Virus record (IMG/VR): IMGVR_UViG_3300027772_001865
Span: 1 to 64,000 of that record
Strand: one strand, 5' to 3'
DNA length: 64,000 nucleotides
Origin: a virus
Lineage: Duplodnaviria > Caudoviricetes
Shown here: positions 27,923 to 37,635 of the stretch, piece after piece
Numbering within the stretch: position 1 is the stretch's first letter
Layout: every line of letters starts with the position of its first letter
Notes under the pieces: model-generated
What the model was told of the DNA's origin: nothing
The model's input: the letters and a program-made list of their open reading frames with translations, nothing else
The model's database searches: none
Translations under genes and position numbers: made by a program

Positions 27923-29665
27923 ATGGCATATACAATTAATCTTACTGATGGTGCAGTTTTTGCAACAATAGCAGACGGCACGATCAATTCATCTAGTAGC
28001 ATGACGCTGGTAGGTAAGAACTATGCTGGCTATGGTGAGTTTTTAGACGAGAACTTTATCCACTTGCTAGAAAATGGATCAAACACCACAGCACCTAGTG
28101 CTCCATTAACAGGACAACTTTGGTGGGATAAAACCAATAATTTACTCAAAGTTTATAACGGTACTATCTTTAAAACTATTAGTGCTGCCACCGCCAGCAG
28201 TACAGCACCCACATCAAACGTCACTGGCGACTTGTGGTACGACACCACAAACCAACAGTTAAAAGTATACACTGGTTCAAGTTTTATTGTGGTTGGTCCT
28301 GCTTATACCAGTAGCGAAGGTACCGCTGGTGCCATTCCAGGCACAGTAAATGATGCTGGAGGTTCTCCGCACTTTATTACCAGCCTGTTTGTAAACAATC
28401 AACAAATTGCTATTGTAAGTGTTGACAGTGCATTCACTCCTGCTGCTCCTACAAACACAAATTTTCCAACAATCTATCCAGGTATCACAGTTACCAAGAG
28501 TGCTTCTAGCACATTAGCTGGCAATGTGACCAACACTGGCAATTTAACACTAAGTGCTGGTGGTGCAACTTCTGTCACTGTAACATCAACTGGTGCTAAC
28601 ATTGCCGGCTACTTGACTGGAACAGGCAATATCACTGGCGGTAACCTGCTGTCCGGCGGTACTGCGGTGGTCACTGGCACAATCGTTGGTGGAAACTTAG
28701 GCACAGGTGGTACTATCACTGCTACAGGAAATATCACCGGTGGTAACATTATCACTGCAGGCTCGTTTCAATCAGCCAGCATCAGTTCCTCAGGCAACGT
28801 TGACGGCGGCAATCTACGCACAGTAGGTTTGGTCACAGCTACAGGTAACGTTACCGGTGGCAACGTTATTTCGGGTGCATTGGTACAAGGTACTAACATG
28901 AGCGCAACGGCCAACGTTCAGGGTGGCAATCTACGCACAACTGGGCTGATCAGTTCTACAGGTAATATCACAAGTTCTGGTAACGTTGATGCTGTGTACT
29001 TTATTGGTAACGGTTCTGCACTGACAGGTATTAGTTCTGCCGTTTCTGTAACAAAGATTCAGAACGGTACCTCAGAAGCCAACGTTGGCGCATCAGGTGG
29101 TAACATCAACTTCAACATTGGCGGAACATCAAATGTGATGGTGGTGTCTGGATCAGGTGTTGTGCTTACAGGATTAACAACCCCTAGTGTTGCCAAATCT
29201 GGATCAAATGCTGTGGGCAATATTGGATCTGAAAGTAATTATTTTAATCAGGTGTTTGCCACAGCTACCACAGCATTATACGCTGACGTTGCAGAACGAT
29301 TTGAAGCAGATGAAGTTATGGATCCAGGAACTGTGGTTGAACTGGGTGGAGCCAAAGAAATCACTAGATCTCGCACAGATTTAAGCGAAAATGTGTTTGG
29401 AGTGATAAGTACAAGACCAGCATTTACCATGAATGGTGGTGCCGGCCAAAACGATACACACCCGCCAGTTGCAATGACTGGGCGTGTACCGGTCAAGGTT
29501 GTAGGACAAGTTACCAAAGGCGATCGATTGGTCAGTGCAGGCAATGGTATTGCCCGTGCCGCACTAGCCGGTGAACCAACCCCATTTAACGTGATCGGAA
29601 GATCATTAGTGGACAAAACAACAGATGATCTAGGCACGGTTGAAGCCATTGTAAGCATAAATTAA
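27923..29665 (+). CDS. Tail fibre/appendage with Gly-Asn repeats and a C-terminal autocleaving intramolecular chaperone (peptidase G2-like)
   Basis: N-terminal LTLVGKNYAGYGE...ENF.HLLEN...P..P..GQLW.D fibre motif. TGNITGGN repeats. C-terminal YADVAERF...GTVV..GG...FGVIST.P...VAMTGRVPVKV.G.V.KGD.LVS. Confidence 0.7.
   Translation: MAYTINLTDGAVFATIADGTINSSSSMTLVGKNYAGYGEFLDENFIHLLENGSNTTAPSAPLTGQLWWDKTNNLLKVYNGTIFKTISAATASSTAPTSNVTGDLWYDTTNQQLKVYTGSSFIVVGPAYTSSEGTAGAIPGTVNDAGGSPHFITSLFVNNQQIAIVSVDSAFTPAAPTNTNFPTIYPGITVTKSASSTLAGNVTNTGNLTLSAGGATSVTVTSTGANIAGYLTGTGNITGGNLLSGGTAVVTGTIVGGNLGTGGTITATGNITGGNIITAGSFQSASISSSGNVDGGNLRTVGLVTATGNVTGGNVISGALVQGTNMSATANVQGGNLRTTGLISSTGNITSSGNVDAVYFIGNGSALTGISSAVSVTKIQNGTSEANVGASGGNINFNIGGTSNVMVVSGSGVVLTGLTTPSVAKSGSNAVGNIGSESNYFNQVFATATTALYADVAERFEADEVMDPGTVVELGGAKEITRSRTDLSENVFGVISTRPAFTMNGGAGQNDTHPPVAMTGRVPVKVVGQVTKGDRLVSAGNGIARAALAGEPTPFNVIGRSLVDKTTDDLGTVEAIVSIN
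28618..28990 (+). repeat. About seven degenerate (T/S)GN(I/V)xGGN protein repeats in the tail fibre
   Basis: TGNITGGNL, TGTIVGGNL, TGNITGGNI, SGNVDGGNL, TGNVTGGNV, TANVQGGNL, TGNITSSGNV. Confidence 0.8.
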
Positions 29666-29678
29666 TTAGGATAAGAAA

Positions 29679-30647
29679 ATGACATATTCAGCAGGTGGAC
29701 TAATACAAGCGGTAGACTATAATGGTTTTGCCAATGACACAGGCGGTGCCAACGCCAACGGCGTCTGGGCAACTGGTAGCACAGACAGAGGATACGGGCA
29801 GTCAGCACTGGGTACTGTGGCTGCTACAAATACTGTTACTGCCACTCAGTGGGCTAGTTTGGTCAACACTATTAGTTCAATTGCCAGTCATCAAGGCACA
29901 ACAATCACTGCCAGAGCCGCACCAACTGCTGGTAATCTTATCAGCATTTTTGCGGCACTAAGTACTGACCTAACAAACTGTACTACCAACCGCGGAAACG
30001 CAGTGGCCAATGGCACACAGTTTACTGGATGGACCGGTACCAATTCCAAAACAGCTACTACATCTGGTGCAAGCTGGACAATTACATTTACTAACACAGT
30101 GACATTTGCATCAGCAGATGCCGCACGTTATTTCTTCAACGCAGGCGGCCGTGTTAAAATTGACGTGAGCAAAACATCAACTGGTAACACCGGCGATCCA
30201 GAATGGAATGATCTAGCCAACACATTGTGTGGTGACATTTATATTACGGGCGGTACAGCAACCCAAACAATCGCCGGATCAAGCTATACAGGAACAACCA
30301 AAGTTGGCGGCACAGGTACTCCAACTACACTGGCAACCACAACTGGTTGGTACGACTTAACAGCTGGTGCAGGTGCAACTATCGTTTACAAACAGTTTGC
30401 TGACACTGCTCCATACACTGCTAATTTTATACAACATTCAATTGCCAAGGGTGCAGGTTCTGATACACTGGTAATCACAACACTTTGGCAGAACACTGAC
30501 AGCGATCCAATTACTGGTGGCACAGCCTCAAGTGGTGCAACACCAGGCACAGCCCCAACAACTATTGTGACCTATTTTCCACCAAGCTCAACATACCTAA
30601 CAACCGCTGCCTGGGGAACACCTTCGGTGGCAGCCACAACAACTTAA
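29679..30647 (+). CDS. Thr/Gly/Ala-rich virion structural protein (short fibre/collar-like)
   Basis: 322 aa, MTYSAGGLIQAVDYN...ARYFFNAGG. Last gene before the terminator. SD-like AGGA lies upstream. Confidence 0.5.
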   Translation: MTYSAGGLIQAVDYNGFANDTGGANANGVWATGSTDRGYGQSALGTVAATNTVTATQWASLVNTISSIASHQGTTITARAAPTAGNLISIFAALSTDLTNCTTNRGNAVANGTQFTGWTGTNSKTATTSGASWTITFTNTVTFASADAARYFFNAGGRVKIDVSKTSTGNTGDPEWNDLANTLCGDIYITGGTATQTIAGSSYTGTTKVGGTGTPTTLATTTGWYDLTAGAGATIVYKQFADTAPYTANFIQHSIAKGAGSDTLVITTLWQNTDSDPITGGTASSGATPGTAPTTIVTYFPPSSTYLTTAAWGTPSVAATTT

Positions 30648-30665
30648 TAGCTCTGTACTTCACCA

Positions 30666-30691
30666 AAAGGGCCCAAGGGCCCTTTACTTTT
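30666..30691 (+). terminator. Rho-independent terminator, possibly bidirectional
   Basis: AAAGGGCCC-AA-GGGCCCTTT perfect inverted repeat followed by ACTTTT, immediately after the last structural gene. Confidence 0.8.
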
Positions 30692-30711
30692 ACCTAAAAC
30701 CAGCGTATACT
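30683..30711 (+). promoter_or_regulatory. sigma70-like promoter TTTACT-N17-TATACT driving the glycan island
   Basis: 4/6 and 5/6 matches to TTGACA/TATAAT with ideal 17-nt spacing. The -10 box ends 6 nt before the ATG at 30718, and there is no SD. Confidence 0.55.
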
Positions 30712-30717
30712 ATCACT

Positions 30718-31023
30718 ATGGATACTGATGACTTGATTGCTCATGCACGAGCACGGTTTGATCACGTTGCCGCAAAACGTGTACTCAAAGAAAAATACGA
30801 AGCTCGTATGTTGTTTGCCTTGGCCGGAGGCATGTGGCAAGCAGGACCTAAACTGTTGACCGTATTAGCAACATGCCCAGATGAATCAGCAGTGCTATTG
30901 GATTTGTATGAAACTCCAGTACGAGTTGATGTCAGAGAGCTCGAATTGGCAGCACAACAACGTTGGCAAGAGCAAATGAATGGCTGGCTTGCCGAGCACG
31001 AAGAACTTAGAAAACAACGATGA
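30718..31023 (+). CDS. Hypothetical protein (101 aa), first gene of the island
   Basis: Promoter directly upstream, ATGA overlap with the next gene, plausible helical protein. Confidence 0.7.
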   Translation: MDTDDLIAHARARFDHVAAKRVLKEKYEARMLFALAGGMWQAGPKLLTVLATCPDESAVLLDLYETPVRVDVRELELAAQQRWQEQMNGWLAEHEELRKQR

Positions 31024-31850
31024 CCCAGGGTGTTCTGATATTTGCCTTCAACAATGAAGAAACAGACTACCTTGCTATGGCTGAATGGAGTGCTGGCAAT
31101 ATTCGTCGTCATTTGAACTTGCCTACAAGTGTGGTTACCAATACAGAATATACAGGCACAGCATTTGATCATGTGATACGGGCTGACGCTGAGTCAGGTG
31201 GCACACGATACTTTGAAGACTACAACAGCACTGTGACCTGGCACAATGCCGGGCGTGTTGACGCATACCGCTTGACACCCTACGATCAAACCATTGTGCT
31301 GGATGCAGACTATGTTGTAGCCAGTAACAATCTAAAACGTTTGTTAAATGCCAATCAAGACTTCCTGTGTCATAGGCTAGCATTTGACCTAGCAGGACAA
31401 ACTGACATGCGTGGCCTAAACACATTTGGTAACTATGACATGCCCATGTGGTGGGCCACAGTGATGATGTTTCGTAAGAGTAACACAGCACAATACATTT
31501 TTGATTCAATGCAAATGGTGCGCGACAACTGGCAGCACTACAGAGATCTTTACAATATTGATCGTGCCACATACCGCAACGATTTTGCACTGAGCATTGC
31601 CCTGGGCATTGTAAGCGGACACACAATGAAAGTGGATGAAATACCCTGGGCACTGGCCAGCGTCATGCCCAACACACAATTAATGAGATGGATTGACACA
31701 GATTCGTATATAATAACATATACAGACAGTGATCAAAAACTCAAGCACATGAGCTTTGAAGGCTTGGACTTTCACGCCATGGGCAAAAAACATCTAGGAG
31801 ACATCGTTGAAACCGATCGCCGAACAAGGCTACTTGATAGTAGCAATTAA
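31020..31850 (+). CDS. GT-A fold glycosyltransferase-like protein (GT8/mannosyltransferase-like)
   Basis: GVLIFAFN...DY...A...I.RH...P..VVT, LTPYDQTIVLDADY (DxD motif), WATVMMFRK, and RNDFALSIA. Confidence 0.65.
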   Translation: MTQGVLIFAFNNEETDYLAMAEWSAGNIRRHLNLPTSVVTNTEYTGTAFDHVIRADAESGGTRYFEDYNSTVTWHNAGRVDAYRLTPYDQTIVLDADYVVASNNLKRLLNANQDFLCHRLAFDLAGQTDMRGLNTFGNYDMPMWWATVMMFRKSNTAQYIFDSMQMVRDNWQHYRDLYNIDRATYRNDFALSIALGIVSGHTMKVDEIPWALASVMPNTQLMRWIDTDSYIITYTDSDQKLKHMSFEGLDFHAMGKKHLGDIVETDRRTRLLDSSN

Positions 31851-32595
31851 CACCGCCAGTACCAACTATGTAGGCTGTGCTGAAACACTGGCTAAAACAA
31901 TAAAGTATTGGCACCCTGATGCGCAAATTTGCTTACTAACCAATGCTACAGATGCCAGCAATCTGTCGCTGTTTGACTATGTGCGTGAGTTTCCGTTTCC
32001 TATCAACTTAGACAATCCCTGGGCCAATGACTGGCAAGTGTTTCGAGCAACACCGTTTCGTGAAACAATCAAGCTGGAAGCAGACATGATGATCACCAGT
32101 CCTATTGATCATTGGTGGACCATGTTGCGCAACCGTGATGTTGTTGTGTCAACTGGCTGCAGGGATTGGCGAGACCAACGTGCAGTGAGCAGACACTATA
32201 GAAAAGTATTTGATGCCAACTCATTACCGGATGTATACAATGCCATCACCTACTGGAGACTAAGCCAAACAGCCAAGGAGTTCTTTGATACTGTACGCAC
32301 TATCTTTGAAAACTGGGCAGACTATCGCAAACTCATAAAGTTTCCCGAAGATGTGCCCTCAACTGATCTGGTGTATGCCATGGCAGCCAACATCATTGGC
32401 TCAGAACTTTGTACTATGCCATTTGCTAGTTATCCGCAGATCATACATATGAAACGGCACCATGCAGGCAGCCAAACTGAAGCATGGTTAAACGAGTTTG
32501 TGCTTGAGTACAAAAACTACATGACTAGAATAAACACCATTGCGCAGTGGGGAGCCTTACATTACAGGGTCAAGGAGTGGACACATGACAGATGA
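31807..32595 (+). CDS. GT-A fold glycosyltransferase-like protein, paralog of the preceding gene
   Basis: QGYLIVAIN...Y...A..LA..I, ATPFRETIKLEADM (ExD variant), and VYNAITYWR. TTG start with AGGAG 6 nt upstream. Confidence 0.6.
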   Translation: MKPIAEQGYLIVAINTASTNYVGCAETLAKTIKYWHPDAQICLLTNATDASNLSLFDYVREFPFPINLDNPWANDWQVFRATPFRETIKLEADMMITSPIDHWWTMLRNRDVVVSTGCRDWRDQRAVSRHYRKVFDANSLPDVYNAITYWRLSQTAKEFFDTVRTIFENWADYRKLIKFPEDVPSTDLVYAMAANIIGSELCTMPFASYPQIIHMKRHHAGSQTEAWLNEFVLEYKNYMTRINTIAQWGALHYRVKEWTHDR

Positions 32596-32926
32596 AGAAT
32601 TTTGGCAAGCTCTAAGAGACATGCCCGAGCCCAAACCTGTGTTCTATCGACTATATTACAACGAACAAGGCGAGCCCTTATTCTATAGCATGGAAGATGT
32701 TCCAGGTACATACTTGACTATTGACGCAGATGCATTTACTCGTAGTGCAACCAATGTTGTGGTGCAGGATGGCAAACTGTTTGAAATCGTCAACACCACC
32801 ACTGTTAAATTATACCCTGGCGATACGGGTATACCTTGCCACCCCGATGATGTGTGCATAGTGGTACCCGAAACACAAGAACACCAAAGATGGAGCAAAC
32901 AAAGACATGGCCTTAAACCAAATTGA
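32585..32926 (+). CDS. Hypothetical protein (~113 aa)
   Basis: The track start is 32540, but the ATG at 32585 has AAGGAG 7 nt upstream. Sequence FYRLYYNEQGEPLFYSMEDVPG... Confidence 0.65.
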   Translation: MTDEEFWQALRDMPEPKPVFYRLYYNEQGEPLFYSMEDVPGTYLTIDADAFTRSATNVVVQDGKLFEIVNTTTVKLYPGDTGIPCHPDDVCIVVPETQEHQRWSKQRHGLKPN

Positions 32927-33839
32927 TGTAGCAGACCTAGACTGCATTTACTTGACTTATGATGAACCGCAGAAAGAAGAATTCTGGGTAAAGATACGCA
33001 ACATGGTACCCTGGGCCAAGCGTGTGGATGGAGTCAAAGGATCAGACGCCGCACACAAGGCTGCCGCTGCCGCTAGCGACACAGAGCGGTTCATATTGAT
33101 CGACGGCGACAACATGCCCGATCCAGAGTTCTTCAATCAAACCATAACATTTGCCACAGCAGATTATGAACAAGCTGTGTTCCGTTGGAGAGCACGTAAT
33201 CACATCAATGGACTCATGTACGGCAACGGCGGCCTGAGTTCCTGGACTAGAACGTTTGTGAACAACATGCGCACACACGAAGCCACAGACGGTCGCACAG
33301 AAACTGAAGTAGAGTTTTGTTTTGATCCGTTATACTGGCCCATGTATGACTGCTACTCTACAACATATCCCAATGGAGATGCGTTCCACGCCTGGCGGGC
33401 GGGCTTTCGTGAAGGTGTAAAGATGTGCCTGAACAAAGGCGCCAAACCCACAGTAGAAGCATTCAAAGAACAAGCACACCGGAAGAACCTAGAGAACTTG
33501 ACCATCTGGCACAACGTGGGCACAGATGTTGAGTACGGCGAATGGGCTGTAGCAGGTGCACGACAAGGCACCTACATGACCATGCTCACAAACTGGGATC
33601 ATCGTCAAGTACAATGGTTTGATGCTCTAGAAGAATTATGGGCCACAGTCAAAGACAGTCAGCCAAGACTGATCAGTAATCAACTTGGCGTTGATCTAGG
33701 TACGCAGTTGGATCTACCTATGGCCATACTAGAGCAAGAACAAAGCGCATTTTTTAAACGTCACTATCGTAGCAATTGGCACAACCAAGGTGCCATGGTC
33801 AGGGAAATTGATGTGATACGCCGTCAAGAAGGTTGGTAA
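32907..33839 (+). CDS. GT-A fold glycosyltransferase-like protein
   Basis: DCIYLTYDEP...VDGVKGSDAAHKAAA...RFILIDGDN (DxD), NHINGLMYGNGG, and AWRAGFREGVKM. Confidence 0.6.
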   Translation: MALNQIDVADLDCIYLTYDEPQKEEFWVKIRNMVPWAKRVDGVKGSDAAHKAAAAASDTERFILIDGDNMPDPEFFNQTITFATADYEQAVFRWRARNHINGLMYGNGGLSSWTRTFVNNMRTHEATDGRTETEVEFCFDPLYWPMYDCYSTTYPNGDAFHAWRAGFREGVKMCLNKGAKPTVEAFKEQAHRKNLENLTIWHNVGTDVEYGEWAVAGARQGTYMTMLTNWDHRQVQWFDALEELWATVKDSQPRLISNQLGVDLGTQLDLPMAILEQEQSAFFKRHYRSNWHNQGAMVREIDVIRRQEGW

Positions 33840-35224
33840 TGAGCAAAGGTGATCAAAGCCGATTTATGACATCAGCGGAGCAAATGAAGCAGGATCTTGG
33901 TCCTGCACTGTGCTTGGCAAAATGGAAACAGGTTAGTTTTCACTTGCCTACAGGACTGAACAATAGCTGTTATCACCCGCCCTTGCATCAGATCACCGCA
34001 GATGATCTATCTCGTCCTGGTGGCCTACACAATACTGCACATAAAAAACAACAACGTTTGATGATGTTGCAAGGCAAAAAGCCCACAGAGTGTCAGTATT
34101 GCTGGAACATGGAAAACCTGGACAAGCTGAGTGATCGGCATTATAGATCAGGAGAACCCTGGGCAGCCGTGGACCTTGAACGCATAAAGAACTCCTCGGG
34201 ACAGGAAGATGATGTTGTGCCTAGTTATGTGGAGGTGAATTTTAATCATGCTTGTAATCTAAAGTGTAGTTATTGTAGTCCACAATTTAGCTCAAGTTGG
34301 GGTGATGAAATAGAACGCCTAGGTGCTTATCCCACATCAAAACCACACAATGCACCCGAACACTTTGTAGGAAACCGCAAACCTATTCCTGCTAGAGAAA
34401 CTAATCCATATGTTGACGCATTCTGGGAATGGTGGCCTACTTTGTACCCACAGTTGGTACACTTTCGAATGACAGGCGGTGAGCCATTGATGGATCGAAA
34501 CACCTATAGAGTTTTTGATTATGTTCTAGAACACGACAACCCTCAACTGCATTTAAATGTAACTTCAAACTTTTCAGTAGAGGACGCATTGTTTGAAAAA
34601 TACATGGACTACGCAAAGAAATTATGCACACCACGCATTGAACACTTCATGCAGTATGTTAGTCTAGATTCTGGAGTTCCATTGCAAGCTGAGTATCTAA
34701 GGCATGGATTAGACTATGCACGAATGGCTCGCAATGTTGAAAGATTTTTGCATGAAATACCACATCGTAATAGCTTGACATTTATCATCACCATGAACAA
34801 TCTCACCGTGACTGGATTACCAGCTTTACTGGAATGGATACTAGAATTACGTAAAAAGCATTCAACTACATATCAACGTGTGTGGTTTGATACTCCTGTG
34901 CTACGCGAACCGGCTTGGCAGAGTTTACAACTTTTGCCCGAAAGCTATGCTGTACAACTAGAACGAGCAAGAGACTTCATGCTGGCCAACATGGTCACAG
35001 AGTCTGATCCTTTACACGGATTCAAAGACTATGAAGTACAACGACTAGAGCGAGACATTGCTTGGATGCGTGAAGGACAGCTAAAAGATAACACAGTGGC
35101 CAAGGCAGATTTTTACAGATTTTTTAACGAACACGATCAACGTCGTGGCACAGACTTTTTAATTGCTTTCCCGGTCATGAGATCCTGGTGGGCAGAATGT
35201 GAGTATCATGCTAGGAACACATAA
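33839..35224 (+). CDS. Radical SAM protein 1, N-terminal twitch type
   Basis: N-terminal CLAKW...SCYHP...CQYCW, CNLKCSYC (CxxxCxxC), and TGGEP. The ATG at 33839 is TAATG-coupled (the track uses TTG 33833). Confidence 0.9.
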   Translation: MSKGDQSRFMTSAEQMKQDLGPALCLAKWKQVSFHLPTGLNNSCYHPPLHQITADDLSRPGGLHNTAHKKQQRLMMLQGKKPTECQYCWNMENLDKLSDRHYRSGEPWAAVDLERIKNSSGQEDDVVPSYVEVNFNHACNLKCSYCSPQFSSSWGDEIERLGAYPTSKPHNAPEHFVGNRKPIPARETNPYVDAFWEWWPTLYPQLVHFRMTGGEPLMDRNTYRVFDYVLEHDNPQLHLNVTSNFSVEDALFEKYMDYAKKLCTPRIEHFMQYVSLDSGVPLQAEYLRHGLDYARMARNVERFLHEIPHRNSLTFIITMNNLTVTGLPALLEWILELRKKHSTTYQRVWFDTPVLREPAWQSLQLLPESYAVQLERARDFMLANMVTESDPLHGFKDYEVQRLERDIAWMREGQLKDNTVAKADFYRFFNEHDQRRGTDFLIAFPVMRSWWAECEYHARNT

Positions 35225-36332
35225 GATTGTTGTTGACGAATGGTCAGAAGTGTGGGACTTGCTCAAGCCCTATGCAGATGAATCGTTTTGGCAACTGCCT
35301 GATTTAAATCCTGAAAACATCTACATTGTTGGCCGGCTACTTTTAAAAGACAACTGGACAGCAATAACCACCTGGGCCACAGAACATCCTGGACGCATTG
35401 TGTTTTGCAATCCAGCAGAAGGCAGCGAAACAGTGTTGCTACAACTACGGCGGTTGCGCATTGCAGACTATGTGCGTGATGGTCGCATACTGTTAATGAC
35501 ATCCGGAGACCTGGAACCAGGGTGGAATCATTTCAGTACGGATTGTTACTTTTCAAACATTGTGGAATACCAGGAAAACAGAGCGGCGCAGATACAAGCG
35601 TTATGGGAGTACTCAGATCAACGACCCTATAATTTTTTGTTTTTAAATGGGCGTTTACGCCCGCATCGTAAATGTTTAATTGATGGTCTTCGTCAGCACA
35701 AACTGTTGAATCATGCACTGTGGTCTAATCTAGGTAGCACAGTAGAAATGGAATTTACATCCAAGCTCGAGCCAGACAAACAGGAGCCCATAAGATTACT
35801 GCCGCCCGAGTATGAAATAGAACGTGCTGTGACACAATTAACTACTATGAGTACCACGGGCTTTGTCAAGCATGAACTATTTGGCAACACCTGGGGAGAT
35901 GCTGTGGTTAATCCACGGTGTTATACCGACACCTGGTTTAGTCTAGTAACAGAAACCATATTTGATTATCCGCACTCATTTAGAACAGAAAAGATCTACA
36001 AACCTATTTTAATGGCACATCCATTTGTGGTTGCTGCCAATTATGGTTATCTTCGAGACTTACGCAATGCTGGCTTTCAAACATTTGACAGTATCATAGA
36101 TGAATCGTACGACCAAATTGATTGCCCGCATGCCAGGATCAAGCGTATAATAGAAACAGTACGTTATCTTGTGAAGGGTGACTCTGAATATTTCTGGGAG
36201 GTCAGCCGCGACATCTGTAAATACAATCAGCAACATCTTGTGGAGTACAACCAGCAACAACGTGCTCTGCTCCCACAACAGTTAGAGCAATTTTTAAATG
36301 AACGATCTAGAATTCCGTCAACAACATCTTGA
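35199..36332 (+). CDS. GT10-like (TEK motif) glycosyltransferase candidate A
   Basis: FLFLNGRLRPHR...FSLVTETI...RTEKIYKPILMAHPFVV...LRDLRNAGFQTFDSIIDESYD resembles the GT10 (F)EN...(Y)xTEK donor-binding motif. Confidence 0.5.
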   Translation: MSIMLGTHKIVVDEWSEVWDLLKPYADESFWQLPDLNPENIYIVGRLLLKDNWTAITTWATEHPGRIVFCNPAEGSETVLLQLRRLRIADYVRDGRILLMTSGDLEPGWNHFSTDCYFSNIVEYQENRAAQIQALWEYSDQRPYNFLFLNGRLRPHRKCLIDGLRQHKLLNHALWSNLGSTVEMEFTSKLEPDKQEPIRLLPPEYEIERAVTQLTTMSTTGFVKHELFGNTWGDAVVNPRCYTDTWFSLVTETIFDYPHSFRTEKIYKPILMAHPFVVAANYGYLRDLRNAGFQTFDSIIDESYDQIDCPHARIKRIIETVRYLVKGDSEYFWEVSRDICKYNQQHLVEYNQQQRALLPQQLEQFLNERSRIPSTTS

Positions 36333-37635
36333 TACCAAGTCAGCTAGCTTTTGTGCCGCCAAGTGGTACAATGCTACCATATGGCTGGGATCGGGACAAA
36401 CCACAAGTTGTCACCATCCTCCAGCACATCATGTGACTGAAAAAGAAGTAATCATTAATCCTGCTGCCTTGCACAATACTCGACAAAAACGTGATGATCG
36501 TGCAAAAATGCTAGCAGGCGAACGTCCAGCAGGCTGTGAGTACTGCTGGAAGATTGAAGACATGGGCCGCAACGCCATTAGCGACCGTGTGTACAAATCA
36601 CGAATATATCCTATAGAAGCATTAAATGAAGCATTTACCACACCTGTACATGAAGATGTCAACCTACGCACCTTGGAAATTGCTTTTGATCGCACTTGCC
36701 AGCTTGCTTGCAGTTATTGTAATCCTGCATTTTCAAGCACCTGGGTCAATGATATCAAGCGACATGGACCTTATATCAAGCTGGAGTCAGATGGTCGCAA
36801 CCACTTTACTCATGAGCATAATAGTGCTCAACTTTATAAATTCGGTGAGGATAATCCTTACGTCAACGCCTTCTTTGAATGGTGGGAAAAAGACCTCCAT
36901 AGAACCTTACAAGAACTAAGAATCACAGGCGGAGAGCCGCTAATGAGTGGTTACACCTGGAAGTTGATTGACTGGTTTAAACTGAATCAAGGCAAGTCAA
37001 GCACAAAACTAGCCATTAACTCAAATCTTAGTTTTGAAACTGAAAAACTGCAAGAGTTCATTGAAGCTATTCGGCCACTGCCGCATGTGGAACTGTACAC
37101 CAGTATGGAAGCCACGGGTGTATCAGCAGAGTATATACGTGATGGTCTGAACTATGCACAATGGCTCTCAAATGTCGACTTGTTGTTGCAGAGTAACACA
37201 GTAAAAGCAGTGCATGTGATGTGTACAATCAATGCATTATGCTTGCCAACACTGCCTGCACTGTTAGATCAATTGCTGGAAATAAAACGCACACACGGTC
37301 GTGACCGTGTGAACTTTACGTTAAATATCTTACGCTTTCCCAGTTTTCAATCTGCACTTGTGATGCCAGTTAAACTGCGGGACCAATTCCGTGTGACACT
37401 AGAAACTTGGCTTGCTGTCAATCAAACCAATCCCTTGTTGCACGAACACGAAATAAATCATACACAACGCTTGATTGATTATTTAGACATAGTTAAAACT
37501 CCGCATTCAGACACATTTGAAATGCCTAAGCTACACAATGATTTCAAACAGTTTTATTCGCAATACGACCAACGCAGAAACAAAAGGTTTGTCGATGTAT
37601 TTCCCAACTTAAAAGAATGGTTTAACTTATTATGA
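36298..37635 (+). CDS. Radical SAM protein 2, N-terminal twitch type
   Basis: FCAAKW...SCHHP...CEYCW, CQLACSYC, and TGGEP. Confidence 0.9.
   Translation: MNDLEFRQQHLDTKSASFCAAKWYNATIWLGSGQTTSCHHPPAHHVTEKEVIINPAALHNTRQKRDDRAKMLAGERPAGCEYCWKIEDMGRNAISDRVYKSRIYPIEALNEAFTTPVHEDVNLRTLEIAFDRTCQLACSYCNPAFSSTWVNDIKRHGPYIKLESDGRNHFTHEHNSAQLYKFGEDNPYVNAFFEWWEKDLHRTLQELRITGGEPLMSGYTWKLIDWFKLNQGKSSTKLAINSNLSFETEKLQEFIEAIRPLPHVELYTSMEATGVSAEYIRDGLNYAQWLSNVDLLLQSNTVKAVHVMCTINALCLPTLPALLDQLLEIKRTHGRDRVNFTLNILRFPSFQSALVMPVKLRDQFRVTLETWLAVNQTNPLLHEHEINHTQRLIDYLDIVKTPHSDTFEMPKLHNDFKQFYSQYDQRRNKRFVDVFPNLKEWFNLL

Noticed and set aside
1-30647. Interpretation as a bacterial extracellular contractile injection system or T6SS locus
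   Set aside because: T4-type gp6/gp25, late promoter motifs, thyX, tight viral gene packing and the absence of any host housekeeping genes favour a phage.
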